IMG/VR virus record: IMGVR_UViG_3300021256_000058
Location: 117,823 to 181,822 of that record
Reading direction: 5' to 3' (one strand)
Length of the DNA: 64,000 nt
DNA from: a virus
Taxonomy: Duplodnaviria > Heunggongvirae > Uroviricota > Caudoviricetes
Part shown: in pieces, positions 42,664-52,558 of the stretch
How the letters are laid out: each line of letters opens with the position of its first letter
Numbering within the stretch: position 1 is the stretch's first letter
Position numbers and translations under genes: made by a program
Notes under the pieces: generated by a model
Database searches by the model: none
What the model was told of the DNA's origin: nothing
Seen by the model: the letters and a program-made list of their open reading frames with translations, nothing else

Positions 42664-43653
42664 CTTTATACTATATCCATATTCTTTAGCCTTGAAATAA
42701 TCCTACCAATAGTCTTCACGAGCATTGAGATCTTGTGGTTTACATTCTTCAATTATTTCAAATGTAAAATTCTCTACACCAAGAGCTAACATAGCAGGAT
42801 AAAGTTTATTGCGGGTAGGCTATTCTGCGCCTATACCGCGCTTAATGTGCTATTTCCATCTTTCTGCAATATTTATTGCTTGACCTACATAGCACATTTG
42901 ATTTTCTAAATTAGTTATTTTATAAATACCAGTTTTTGATTTTGCCCCTACGACTCGGCCAATCAAATCTGTGTAAGGTTTTTCATAATAAACTTTATAA
43001 ATAACTTTGTTGAGAGGCTCCTTATTTCTTAAATAAGGTTCAACAGATCTCAATTTTGCGATTTCTTCAATATCTATATCAGATAATTGTAACCGATAAA
43101 AATCTTTCTTTTCACGTTCAAGTTCTGCGCGCTTGGCTGCCTCTGTAGCAGCAGTAACTTTAGATTGAAATTCTGCAAGTTGAGCCTAAGCAGCTTCTAC
43201 TTGCTGGCCCATCTACCGCGCAGTAGCAAGGAGATCCGCAATAACCTGTTCATACTCAGCCCTACATTCTTCTTCTCCCTCCTGGTATTTAGCACCAGTT
43301 TTTTCAAGAGCATGTTCAAGCTTTTCTTCTGCAAGTTTCATCTAATTATCATAAAAAGTTTTTGCGGCATCTTCTGCTTGAGCCTATGAATTTTTATAAT
43401 ATCTATCGGTTTCATCTACTTTAGTGCGTAATATTTGAAGTTTTTTCTCTTCTTCTGCCTATTGGAGCTATTTAGTATTAATACTTACTTCAATATTACG
43501 CTATTGACTTTCTAATTCTTGTAGGGCAGCGCGCTCATGAGCAATATTCTCTTCATTTATCTTTCGGATTTGTTGCTGAGGTATAATCCGACAGATTATA
43601 AAGACTATTAAACCTACGATTATGCCCCCTACAAGCGCATATATCCACTACAT
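42664..43653 (-). CDS. N-terminal TM helix + long coiled coil + C-terminal GIY-YIG nuclease domain, about 330 codons with 11 in-frame TAG
   Basis: The start is ATG-TAG-TGG, giving M Q W IYALVGGIIVGLIVFIIC, a TM helix. A Q/E/A-rich coiled coil follows. The C-terminus reads GIYKITNLENQMCYVGQAINIAERWK-Q-HIKRG...FTFEIIEECKPQDLNAREDYW-Q-DYFKAKEYGYSIK, which is colinear with I-TevI-type GIY-YIG domains. It is in frame with the track ORF 42850..43053 and ends in TAA. Confidence 0.65.
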
Positions 43654-43672
43654 TTTTAGATAAAAAACAAAA

Positions 43673-43696
43673 GGGGTAAAAATATTATTTTACCCC
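43673..43696 (-). terminator. hairpin terminator
   Basis: ggggtaaaa / ttttacccc inverted repeat lying after the stop of the 43720 gene. Confidence 0.55.
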
Positions 43697-43719
43697 TTCA
43701 ATGCGACTTTATTTATAGA

Positions 43720-43986
43720 TTAGGTCTCGTCAGCATCTGGGTCAAGAGCCATACCAGCATCAGTGAGCTGGAGGAACTTAACCTGCTTATGAGTTCCATC
43801 TTCAAGCTCGATCTCGGCAGGAACGCGCACGCCATAGCCCTTGCGCTGAATAGCACTTGTGAAAATACCATCTACCTGGCGCTTCTCGAGGCCAACTGCA
43901 TTTGCAACATCCTCGGAAGTGAGATCAGCACCGTGATTCTGCTTCAAATAATTAAGTACGTTCTTAGAATTCTCTTTCATAGCCAT
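43720..43986 (-). CDS. small HTH DNA-binding protein
   Basis: 88 aa containing the helix-turn-helix-like segment LTSEDVANAVGLEKRQVDGI. Confidence 0.5.
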   Translation of the reverse strand: MAMKENSKNVLNYLKQNHGADLTSEDVANAVGLEKRQVDGIFTSAIQRKGYGVRVPAEIELEDGTHKQVKFLQLTDAGMALDPDADET

Positions 43987-44051
43987 AATAATCTTTTTCT
44001 CCTTAAAATTGTTTCAATAATTTTTTTTTGTCGTAGGCTTTTTACATATAT

Positions 44052-44080
44052 ATTATAGCAAAAAATTTTCTGATTGTCAA
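44052..44080 (-). promoter_or_regulatory. consensus sigma70 promoter TTGACA-N17-TATAAT
   Basis: - strand ttgacaatcagaaaattttttgctataat. Both hexamers are perfect, the spacer is 17 nt, and it sits about 60 nt upstream of the 43986 start. Confidence 0.75.
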
Positions 44081-44085
44081 AATTT

Positions 44086-44268
44086 TTATTCTAAATATTT
44101 TTGAATCAGTTCATCCAGTTGATCAATTTCAAAAATACTAACGTGTTCTGTCAACTTTAGGATTTCATCTTTTGCTTTTTCAACGACAGTTGAATCGGTT
44201 GAAGTTTGAATCTATTTTTCATACTCGGCAATTTTCTTCGCCAAGTTCTTCAACTCTTTTTGTTTCAT
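44086..44268 (-). CDS. small hypothetical protein of 60 aa with 1 in-frame TAG
   Basis: An ATG follows an aaaggaaagag RBS. The product is M K Q K E L K N L A K K I A E Y E K -TAG- I Q T ... and ends in TAA. Confidence 0.35.
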
Positions 44269-44301
44269 CGGGAATTTCTCTTTCCTTTATTTTACAAATA
44301 T

Positions 44302-44330
44302 ATTATACTACTTTTTTTTAAAAAAGTCAA
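44302..44330 (-). promoter_or_regulatory. sigma70-type promoter TTGACT-N17-TATAAT
   Basis: + strand attata 44302-07 and agtcaa 44325-30, with a 17-nt spacer. Confidence 0.6.
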
Positions 44331-46318
44331 AATTTTCCGTCAAACAAATCATCTAAATCTTTTTCAGTAATGATCTTGACTCCCAATTTTTTTGCTGTGA
44401 CATTTTTACTTGAAGTAGAATTAATATCATTATTGACCAAATAGGTCGTATTCTTTGTTACTGAACCAGTTACTTTGCCACCATGTGCTTCAATCGCAGC
44501 TTTTAATTCGTCACGATTCTTATATTTTTCAGTTTTCCCCGTAATTACAAAAGTCCAGCCTTTTAGTGGCGTAAAGGCAGGCTTGTCCGCATTCCATAGA
44601 CTATTTTTCAGTTGTCCAATTTCATTTACAAAACGATCTGCAGTTCTATAATCAAATGTCCGAATGGCTCTATCCATTTCTGGACCAAAACCATACCATT
44701 CCATAAAACAAAAACCATCTTCAATATCTTCACGAATATTATGCCAATCACATCTATGTTTACAGATTTCTTTTGCTACAGTAGATCCGATTAATGGAAT
44801 ACCAATAGCAGATATAAATTGCCATAATTCATTCGTTTTTGACTGTTCAATCGCATCTAAAATATTTTGAACAGATTTAGCACCGAATCCAGGCTTATTA
44901 ATCCATTCCTTTTGGTAATTATCCAAAAAGTATAAATCAATAAATGAATTCACCCAGCCCCATTCAATCAATTTTTCCAAAGTTGATGCAGAAAGTCCTT
45001 TTATGTCCATTCCTTTCTTTCCGCAGAAATGATCCAATTGATTAATTAGTTTTCCTGAACACTGAGGATTTGTGCAAACATAATTTTCAGTATCATTATT
45101 TTTAACTAATTCAACTTTTCCTCCGCATACTGGACAGGTATATGGTCTATGCCATATGTCCATACCCATCATACCTGGAGTAGATTTAATATATGCAATT
45201 TGAGGAATAATCATATTTGCTTTATATACACCGACAGTCATTCCAGTAGAAGCAAGTCCACCATTAGGCAGTAGTTTATTCATAATTGAAACATTATGCA
45301 TGCTCGCACGTTCAACAATACTGCCTTCTATTTCTACTGGTTCAAATACTGCAACTGGTGTCAATACTCCTGTGCGGCCCATGCTCCATTCAATATCTTT
45401 TAGATAAGTTTCATAAACTTCATCATAAAATTTATAAGCAAGTCCGCCCCGAAAATGATGTTCAGTATAGCCAAGAGACTGGTAATAGTTACAATCATCA
45501 TATTTAAATACTATCCCATCAATAGGATAACTCTCTTCTTTTGCCCAATTTTTAAGAAGAGCAATAACATGTTCAATACGAGACTTGTCTATCATATCTG
45601 CGGTTAGGGTGAGCCAAGGGGCCGGATCAAATTTCCATTCTTGACAAAGATCTATAAATTTATCCGACAAAAATTCGCGTTTCTCTAATCCCTTAATACA
45701 ATCCCATGCGACAAAACTTAATCCACGTTTTTCACACTCTTTATTATCAAGGAGTCTAATGCTACCTGCTGCGAAATTACGAGGATTTGCGAACATGTGA
45801 TTAAATTTCTCAAAGTTCTTGTATGTACAAATAATTTCGCCATCTACAATAACTTCATTTTTTTCTGGGATTGTTAAAGGCACCCCGTAAGCAAATACAA
45901 TATTGTGTAGAATATCTTCGCCAATAATACCATTACCACGGGTTTCCGCCGATACTAATTTTCCATCCACATATCGCAATGAACAGGTTAAACCATCCAT
46001 TTTTGCCATTGCAATAATTCGCTTATTTCCGCAAAACCTAATCACATCATCTATACTTTTGGTTTTATCCAATGAAAGCATAGGATGATTATGTTCTACT
46101 TTTTTAAGCTCATTTACAGAAAAATAATCTACTTTTACTGTTGGGGAATTGGATAAGATGATCCCTGTTTCTTTTTCCATTTCTTGAAGTTTAAAATAGA
46201 GATCATCATATTCTTTATCTGTCATAAATGGATGACCTTCATCATATGCTTTTATGGCATCGTTAAGAAGATCAACCAATTCATCTATTTGATTGTGCCA
46301 ATCAGGAATGTTACTCAT
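44327..46318 (-). CDS. ligA: NAD-dependent DNA ligase
   Basis: 663 aa. Adenylation motif KMDG (AMAKMDGLTCSLRY), Zn finger CPVCGGK...CTNPQC and a C-terminal BRCT-like tail. It contains no TAG. Confidence 0.9.
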   Translation of the reverse strand: MSNIPDWHNQIDELVDLLNDAIKAYDEGHPFMTDKEYDDLYFKLQEMEKETGIILSNSPTVKVDYFSVNELKKVEHNHPMLSLDKTKSIDDVIRFCGNKRIIAMAKMDGLTCSLRYVDGKLVSAETRGNGIIGEDILHNIVFAYGVPLTIPEKNEVIVDGEIICTYKNFEKFNHMFANPRNFAAGSIRLLDNKECEKRGLSFVAWDCIKGLEKREFLSDKFIDLCQEWKFDPAPWLTLTADMIDKSRIEHVIALLKNWAKEESYPIDGIVFKYDDCNYYQSLGYTEHHFRGGLAYKFYDEVYETYLKDIEWSMGRTGVLTPVAVFEPVEIEGSIVERASMHNVSIMNKLLPNGGLASTGMTVGVYKANMIIPQIAYIKSTPGMMGMDIWHRPYTCPVCGGKVELVKNNDTENYVCTNPQCSGKLINQLDHFCGKKGMDIKGLSASTLEKLIEWGWVNSFIDLYFLDNYQKEWINKPGFGAKSVQNILDAIEQSKTNELWQFISAIGIPLIGSTVAKEICKHRCDWHNIREDIEDGFCFMEWYGFGPEMDRAIRTFDYRTADRFVNEIGQLKNSLWNADKPAFTPLKGWTFVITGKTEKYKNRDELKAAIEAHGGKVTGSVTKNTTYLVNNDINSTSSKNVTAKKLGVKIITEKDLDDLFDGKF

Positions 46319-46349
46319 ATAATAAAAATCATCCTTTATTATTTTATTA

Positions 46350-46378
46350 TATTATAACATAAATTTTAAAAATTGTCA
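46350..46378 (-). promoter_or_regulatory. consensus sigma70 promoter TTGACA-N17-TATAAT
   Basis: - strand ttgacaatttttaaaatttatgttataat upstream of ligA. Confidence 0.7.
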
Positions 46379-46379
46379 A

Positions 46380-47219
46380 TTAAAGATTTTGTGTTTTCTG
46401 TTTAAGCTCAGCAATATCTTTCTCAATCTGAGTTAAACGGTCAGTTAAATTATATTGTGGGATGCTAGGATTTGAAGAAGTATTTTTAACATATAGATTT
46501 CCATCTATTAAATAATCACCTTTAAGGTTATCTCCTCCATTATTAGATACATACCCAAGATTTGTTTTTACGCCACTAATACTTGTGGCACCAGTACCTC
46601 CACGAGCAAGAGGAATAGCTGCACTTAGATTGTCTCCTATACCTAAAGCATTACTTAACGCAGGCAAAGAAGTAACTCCAGTACCTCCTCTAGTGACAGG
46701 AATGGCGTCAAAAGTTGCGTTAGCCCCAGATACACTAGCATTTCCTAGCCCAAGCAGATTAGTTAAAGCATTTAATGTTGTTACACCAGTGCCACCAAAA
46801 GCAACAGGAACTGTGCCGAATGACGGCTCTTGATTAGCAGAATTAACTTGTAATACTCCAGTGCCAGAAGTACCAATCATTTTAACTTGGCCAGTACCGT
46901 TACCCGCAAGTAAAGCATTATTGTCTAAACTTTGGCGACCAGTGCCGCCAGCCGCTACTCCGATCGCTTCACCAGAACCTCCAGCTAAAAGCAAACCTTT
47001 TAATTCAGGAATAGATGTAACTCCAGTTCCACCTTGTTCTGGAGCTAGTGGAGCTGTTGTAGAATCTCCTAACCCTAAACTGGCACGTAATGCATTTAAA
47101 TTAGTTACACCAGTACCACCATTATCAGTTTTTAATACTTGAGTACTAGTATCAAATGCAGACTATACTACATTTAATAAAGTATTAATGGTAGCAGTTG
47201 CAAAATTTAATTTACCCAT
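46380..47219 (-). CDS. phage tail-fibre repeat (Phage_fiber_2-like GGTGxTxLxALxxLGLG) protein with TAG at codon 19
   Basis: An ATG at 47217-19 follows the RBS aaggag. The GGTGVTNLNALRASLGLG-type repeat occurs 7 times, on both sides of the TAG at 47163-65. There is a C-terminal coiled coil. The track ORF starts artificially at an internal TTG. Confidence 0.55.
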
Positions 47220-47315
47220 ATATATCTCCTTCCTCTCAAATAAACAAATAAGGGGAAGATAATTCTTCCCCAATATTATAGATTATTATATTAATAAGAT
47301 TAATTAATTTTGCCC

Positions 47316-49691
47316 TTATACCTTAGATACGGTACGAATATTACTACCTTTAATAACTGTATTACCAAGAGCAATACGAGTTAGCTGTGGTACATCTGTT
47401 GCGGGGATACAAATAGATGCTTTATCTCCAACAAGAAGAATACTATCTTCATCGCTAATTAGTTGCGCACCTGCTAGCCCATTTGGGCCTTTAAAGAAGT
47501 TTAATCCTCTTCCTCCACGCTTTTGAGATACAACTTCTTTCTGAAGTACCTTTTTACCCAATCCACTAAATGAGAAGAGAGCAAGCTGGTCTTCTACGTG
47601 TCTAAGAGGCAGGGCCGCAATTACGTAATCTTCATCGCCCAATGCAATACCTTTAACTCCACGAGTCATACGAGAAGTCGCACTAACTTCATTAGAATCA
47701 AACTTAAGGACATATCCATCTTTAGTTACAATAATTAGGGGTTCATCTTTAATAAGAGTCACGACCGCCAAGCCGTCCCCATCAACCAAAGAAATAGCTC
47801 CGATTCCAGTTTTCTTTTTAGTTGCAACATATTCGTCCAAAGGCGTTTTCTTAACTAATCCATTTTTCGTAACAAACAAGACATATTTTGCATTAGTATC
47901 TCTATATATTGAATAAATTGTTACGGGATTTTCATTAGCCTCAAGCGCAACCAGAGATCTAATAGACTGACCTTTAGATACATTTGTGCCTACTGGGATA
48001 TCATTAACACTAATACGATACATTCTTCCTTGATCGGTAAAAATCATAATACTATCTACAGTATTAGTGCGGATTACTACAGAAGTAATATCGTCTTGAG
48101 TCTTAATTCCTTTACCAGCTCTCTTCTGAGTGCGGAAAGAAGTTGTCGGAATCCGTTTAATTAAACCACTTTCAGTCATTACAACAACACATTTTTCAGG
48201 TTCAACATAAACAGTTTCCTTTTCTTCCTTCACAGGATCAATTTGCGTAATTGTAGTACGACGAGCATCGCCATACTTTTTCTTCAGTTCTATGAATTGT
48301 CTAATAAGCTCTGGTACAGGATTTTTAAGGATCTCTGAAAGTCTCTCCACTTCTGCAATTAAATCTTTCTCTTCTGACTTTAAATCTTCAACTTCTAACT
48401 TAGTCAAACGACTGAGTTTCATGTCCAAAATTGCTTTTGCTTGCGCTTCACTAAGTTTATAAGCTGTCTGCAAAGCTGTTTTTGCCGCTACGGTTGATTC
48501 AGAAGACTTAATAATTTTAATTACATCATCAATATTTGCAAGAGCTATAATTAATCCTTCAATAATATGAAGTCTAGCTTTTGCTTTATCCAAATCAAAT
48601 TGTGTAACTCTTAAACAAACATCTTTTTGATGATCCAAATAAACATCAATTAATTGTTTAAGATTCATTAATCTTGGAGATTTACCAGTAAGAGCAACTT
48701 GGTTAAAACTATAAGTTGTTTCAAGATCAGTCAACTTGAAAAGCAAAGGAAGAATTGTATTTGCTGAAGCGTTCTTTTCAAGTTCTATAACAAATCTTAC
48801 ACCCTCATGGGTTGTTTCATCACGAATTGCTGCAATACCACCTAATTTGCCTTCATCGCATAATTTATCAATCTGAGTGATAAGAGTATCTTTTGATACT
48901 TTATAAGGAATACTTGTAAAGATAATTGAATCTTTACCTTTATCACTTTCAATCTCATATTCTCCACGAATACGAGCACGGCCTTTTCCAGTTAGATAAG
49001 CTGAAGCCAATTCTTTCTGGTTAATAACTAGACCACCAGTCGGAAAGTCTGGCCCTTTAACGAATTGAAGCAGATCACCGCACTCACAATCTGGGTTTTC
49101 AGCAACATGAATAATTGCATCCATAATTTCATTTAAATTATGTGGCGCAAAACTACATGCCATAGCTACTGCAATACCAGAAGTACCATTTACCAAAAGG
49201 TTTGGTACAATACCAGGTAAATATGCAGGTTCATCTTCTTCATCTGTATATGCGGGAAGCCAATCTACTGCATTTTTCTTAATATTATTAAGAGTTTCTT
49301 CACCCAGCTTGGCCAGTTTACACTCCGTATAACGATATGCAGCCGGTTCATCTCCATCTCTTGATCCATTGTTCCCATGAAACGCAATCAATGGATAACG
49401 CATATTCCATGGCTGAGAAAGCCATACTAATGCGCCATAAATGGAACTATCACCATGAGGATGGAAACGGCCCATCGTATCACCAACAGGCTGAGCGCAC
49501 TTAACAAACTTTTTATCGTTTTTGTATCCCTTATCCCACATATCCCACAGGATTCTGCGGGCTACTGGTTTTAGACCATCTTCAGCGGATGGAATGGCAC
49601 GATCGGTGATTACACTAAGACTATAATCGAGAAAGCTTTGTTCAACCTCTCCTATAATCGGGGTATCAAGAATTTCGCCCATACTTTTCAA
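47316..49691 (-). CDS. type II DNA topoisomerase A subunit (GyrA/ParC-like)
   Basis: 791 aa with N-terminal AEDGLKPVARRILW and the catalytic Tyr context AAYRYTECKL. Confidence 0.8.
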   Translation of the reverse strand: MKSMGEILDTPIIGEVEQSFLDYSLSVITDRAIPSAEDGLKPVARRILWDMWDKGYKNDKKFVKCAQPVGDTMGRFHPHGDSSIYGALVWLSQPWNMRYPLIAFHGNNGSRDGDEPAAYRYTECKLAKLGEETLNNIKKNAVDWLPAYTDEEDEPAYLPGIVPNLLVNGTSGIAVAMACSFAPHNLNEIMDAIIHVAENPDCECGDLLQFVKGPDFPTGGLVINQKELASAYLTGKGRARIRGEYEIESDKGKDSIIFTSIPYKVSKDTLITQIDKLCDEGKLGGIAAIRDETTHEGVRFVIELEKNASANTILPLLFKLTDLETTYSFNQVALTGKSPRLMNLKQLIDVYLDHQKDVCLRVTQFDLDKAKARLHIIEGLIIALANIDDVIKIIKSSESTVAAKTALQTAYKLSEAQAKAILDMKLSRLTKLEVEDLKSEEKDLIAEVERLSEILKNPVPELIRQFIELKKKYGDARRTTITQIDPVKEEKETVYVEPEKCVVVMTESGLIKRIPTTSFRTQKRAGKGIKTQDDITSVVIRTNTVDSIMIFTDQGRMYRISVNDIPVGTNVSKGQSIRSLVALEANENPVTIYSIYRDTNAKYVLFVTKNGLVKKTPLDEYVATKKKTGIGAISLVDGDGLAVVTLIKDEPLIIVTKDGYVLKFDSNEVSATSRMTRGVKGIALGDEDYVIAALPLRHVEDQLALFSFSGLGKKVLQKEVVSQKRGGRGLNFFKGPNGLAGAQLISDEDSILLVGDKASICIPATDVPQLTRIALGNTVIKGSNIRTVSKV

Positions 49692-50280
49692 CTACCTCCT
49701 TAGACGTCATCTTACCAGTAGCAAGTGAGTCAGCCAACTCATTCCATTGGTGTCCTTGATGACCTTTAATCTTCTGCAAATTTATTCTTTTTCCTTGATT
49801 ATATAATTTATAATATTCTTGAATTAAATCTAAATTCTCAGGTGTTTTATTATCAGATTTAAGCCATCCTTTATCTGCCCAAGTAAACATCCAATTATTA
49901 AATGTATTTACACAATAAGCAGAATCGCTATATACTGTTGGAATAAAGAAATTATCTTTATCTACTCCAAATTGTATAAAAGCCCAAAGAATAGCTTTTA
50001 ATTCTTCTCTATTATTTGTTGTATTTTCACTTGATTTATTATATGATACCATAACTTTTTGGTCTTTGTCAAGTACAATCACCCCAAAGCCACCTGTATT
50101 AGTATCTTTTCCATTTCCTAAGCAACTACCATCTGTATAGATGGTAGTTACATTATCAGGAATTAAACCAAGAGAGCAGAGCATATCAGTCCCGTCTGAA
50201 GAAATAATTATATTAGACATCAATATTTGCCCTCCATGCGTTATCTTCAATGAACTGTTTACGAGGACCGACTGACTCAC
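49666..50280 (-). CDS. rnhA: RNase HI
   Basis: Contains IYTDGSCLGNG, ...NNREELKAILWA and ...SDSAYCVNTF...IKGHQGHQWNELAD. The likely start is the internal Met near 50220, because the track start overlaps the upstream gene by 68 nt. Confidence 0.75.
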   Translation of the reverse strand: MSQSVLVNSSLKITHGGQILMSNIIISSDGTDMLCSLGLIPDNVTTIYTDGSCLGNGKDTNTGGFGVIVLDKDQKVMVSYNKSSENTTNNREELKAILWAFIQFGVDKDNFFIPTVYSDSAYCVNTFNNWMFTWADKGWLKSDNKTPENLDLIQEYYKLYNQGKRINLQKIKGHQGHQWNELADSLATGKMTSKEVVEKYGRNS

Positions 50281-52123
50281 CCATTAAACTCATAAACGTT
50301 TTTGCAACTTCTTCTGCATCATCCATTGTAATACGCTTTAAAGTACGAGTTTCTGGGTTCATAACTGTCTCTGCCATTTCTGCGGGATCCATTTCGCCAA
50401 GACCTTTCATGCGGCCCAGCTCAAATGATCTCCCAACTGTTTTACGAAACTGTTCCAAAGCTGCATCATCTTTGATATACTGAAATTTAGTCCCCATTGT
50501 AGCCTTGTAGAGAGGTGGAACTGCCGCATAGATATAGCCTTTTTCCAAAAGCTCAGGAGCGAACTTCCAGATGAAAGTAAGGAACAGTATGCGGATATGG
50601 CTTCCATCTACATCAGCATCGGCTGTAATGACTATCTTTCCATAACGAAGTTTAGATTCGTCTACAATGACTTTGCCATCTTTAACCTCCAAACCAAAAG
50701 CCTTAATCATACCATCAATTTCTTGATTTCCAAGAGCTTTGTGGAGATCAGCTTTAATTGTATTTAAAATTTTTCCTCGAACAGGAAATACCGCCTGAGT
50801 ATTGCGGTTGCGGGCCTCTTTAGTCGAGCCTGCAGCAGATTTACCTTCTACTATAAAGACCTCACACTCAGAACGATTTTTTGAACTGGCATCTGCGAGC
50901 GTACCAGGCAGGACCGCACGCGCTTTCGCATCGGCTTTCCGCACTGTTTCTTTAGCCTTTTTAGCTTTTTCTCTTGCAGTTCGCGCTAAAAGTGCTTTAT
51001 CAACAATAGCTTTTGCGTCTTTTGGATGATTATTCAGCCAAATACTTAATTCTGTTGATACCAAACGCTGCACAACTGTTCTGGCTTCACTTGAAGAAAG
51101 GACTTCTTTTGTTTGACCACTAAAGACTGGGTCTGGCATAATAAATGAAAGGACAAGAGACAGTCCTTCCTTCAGTTCATCGCCCAGGATATTTGCATCT
51201 TTTTCTTTCAATAAGTTGTTCGCTCTCGCATATTCATTAATTGACATGGTTAGAGCCGTTCTAAAACCAGTAAGATGCGTTCCTCCAGTATTTGGTATGC
51301 TATTGGTATACAGCTTATAAGTATCTGAATAGGTATCATTATACTGCATAGCCAGTTTAACACTAATTCTATCTTCGGTATTTTCACAAAAAAACACTGA
51401 AGTTAAAGGCTTTTTAGATTTATTTAAATCTTCGATATAATCCAAAATGCCATTTTTAGAAACAATAGTTTCTTGCTCTTTATTCTTATATTTAAGAGTA
51501 AATGTAAGACCCGGAGAAAGGTAAGCCAATTCTTGAATTTGCTTTTTTAAGGACTCATAATCTAATTCAATACCCTCTTTAAAGATCTCTTCATCAGGGG
51601 TAAATGAAATCTCAGTTCCAGTTTCTTTTCCGGTATATTTATTAACAATAAAATTAACTCTTTTACCTTTTTTAAATTCCATTGTGGCAATTTTACCATC
51701 ACGAATGGAAGTTACAGTAAAAGTTTTAGAAAGTGCATTTGTAGCTTTTGCACCAACGCCATTCATACCACCAGAAGTATTATATCCTGTTTTACCAGAA
51801 CTATCAAACTTTGCACCAGTATGAAGCTTTGTAAAAATATTCTCAAGAGTTTCAGATCCATCTTTTGCGGGACCAAACGGGACACCGCGTCCATTATCAG
51901 AAATGCAAACTGAATCATTATCTTCCACTCTTATTTTACATTCTGTGCAATAACCATTAAGATATTCGTCAACTGCGTTTGAAATAATCTCAAGAGTGAT
52001 ATGTTTTACGCCATCCGGCCCGACTGACCCGATATACATACCAGGACGCAGCCTGATCGCTTCAATACCTTCAAGTGTTTTTATGTCTTTAACGCCATAA
52101 TTAACCTTTACAGGCACTATCAT
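50213..52123 (-). CDS. type II DNA topoisomerase B subunit (GyrB/ParE-like)
   Basis: 636 aa with the GHKL ATPase motif EIISNAVDE, the EGKSAAGS motif and the TOPRIM motif PVRGKILN. Confidence 0.85.
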   Translation of the reverse strand: MIVPVKVNYGVKDIKTLEGIEAIRLRPGMYIGSVGPDGVKHITLEIISNAVDEYLNGYCTECKIRVEDNDSVCISDNGRGVPFGPAKDGSETLENIFTKLHTGAKFDSSGKTGYNTSGGMNGVGAKATNALSKTFTVTSIRDGKIATMEFKKGKRVNFIVNKYTGKETGTEISFTPDEEIFKEGIELDYESLKKQIQELAYLSPGLTFTLKYKNKEQETIVSKNGILDYIEDLNKSKKPLTSVFFCENTEDRISVKLAMQYNDTYSDTYKLYTNSIPNTGGTHLTGFRTALTMSINEYARANNLLKEKDANILGDELKEGLSLVLSFIMPDPVFSGQTKEVLSSSEARTVVQRLVSTELSIWLNNHPKDAKAIVDKALLARTAREKAKKAKETVRKADAKARAVLPGTLADASSKNRSECEVFIVEGKSAAGSTKEARNRNTQAVFPVRGKILNTIKADLHKALGNQEIDGMIKAFGLEVKDGKVIVDESKLRYGKIVITADADVDGSHIRILFLTFIWKFAPELLEKGYIYAAVPPLYKATMGTKFQYIKDDAALEQFRKTVGRSFELGRMKGLGEMDPAEMAETVMNPETRTLKRITMDDAEEVAKTFMSLMGESVGPRKQFIEDNAWRANIDV

Positions 52124-52150
52124 ATTCCTCCTTTTTTATTTTATACATAT

Positions 52151-52179
52151 ATTATACCATAATTTTTTTACTTTTGCAA
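52151..52179 (-). promoter_or_regulatory. sigma70-type promoter TTGCAA-N17-TGgTATAAT
   Basis: + strand attataccat 52151-60 and ttgcaa 52174-79, with a 17-nt spacer. Confidence 0.6.
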
Positions 52180-52208
52180 ATTTTTGTTTTCAAGACAAAA
52201 CAAAAAAA

Positions 52209-52235
52209 TCCCAAGGGATGTATTACCCCTTGGGA
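52209..52235 (-). terminator. hairpin terminator after the holin-like gene
   Basis: tcccaaggg / cccttggga inverted repeat followed on the - strand by a T-run. Confidence 0.6.
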
Positions 52236-52240
52236 TTAGT

Positions 52241-52558
52241 TTATCCGACTGGCGTATCGTCATAAGTTTCAACGCCACGAATCATTTTTTCATAATTAAT
52301 ACCATCTTTGGTATTCTCTTTCTCTGACTTTTTATAGAAAAAAGCCTAACTTACGCCATATGCTCCCCATGGCATTGACACCATGGCAGTTAGCCAGGGC
52401 AGTTCACCGAAATACTACTTGACAATACAATAAAATGCGAGTATAATAAAAGATAGAGTTGTAATCCAAATTAAAATTGATTCTTGTACAAGAAGTTTTT
52501 TGGAGAACTCAAGAGGTTTCTTTTTCTTTGTCTCTTGGGTTTTTTCTTCTTCAGACAT
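52241..52558 (-). CDS. holin-like 2-TM membrane protein with 2 in-frame TAG
   Basis: The ATG is embedded in the endolysin 3' end as gATGtcTGA. The product has the TM helices ILIWITTLSFIILAFYCIV and LPWLTAMVSMPWGAYGV. It is 105 codons, ends in TAA and was missed by the ORF track. Confidence 0.45.
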
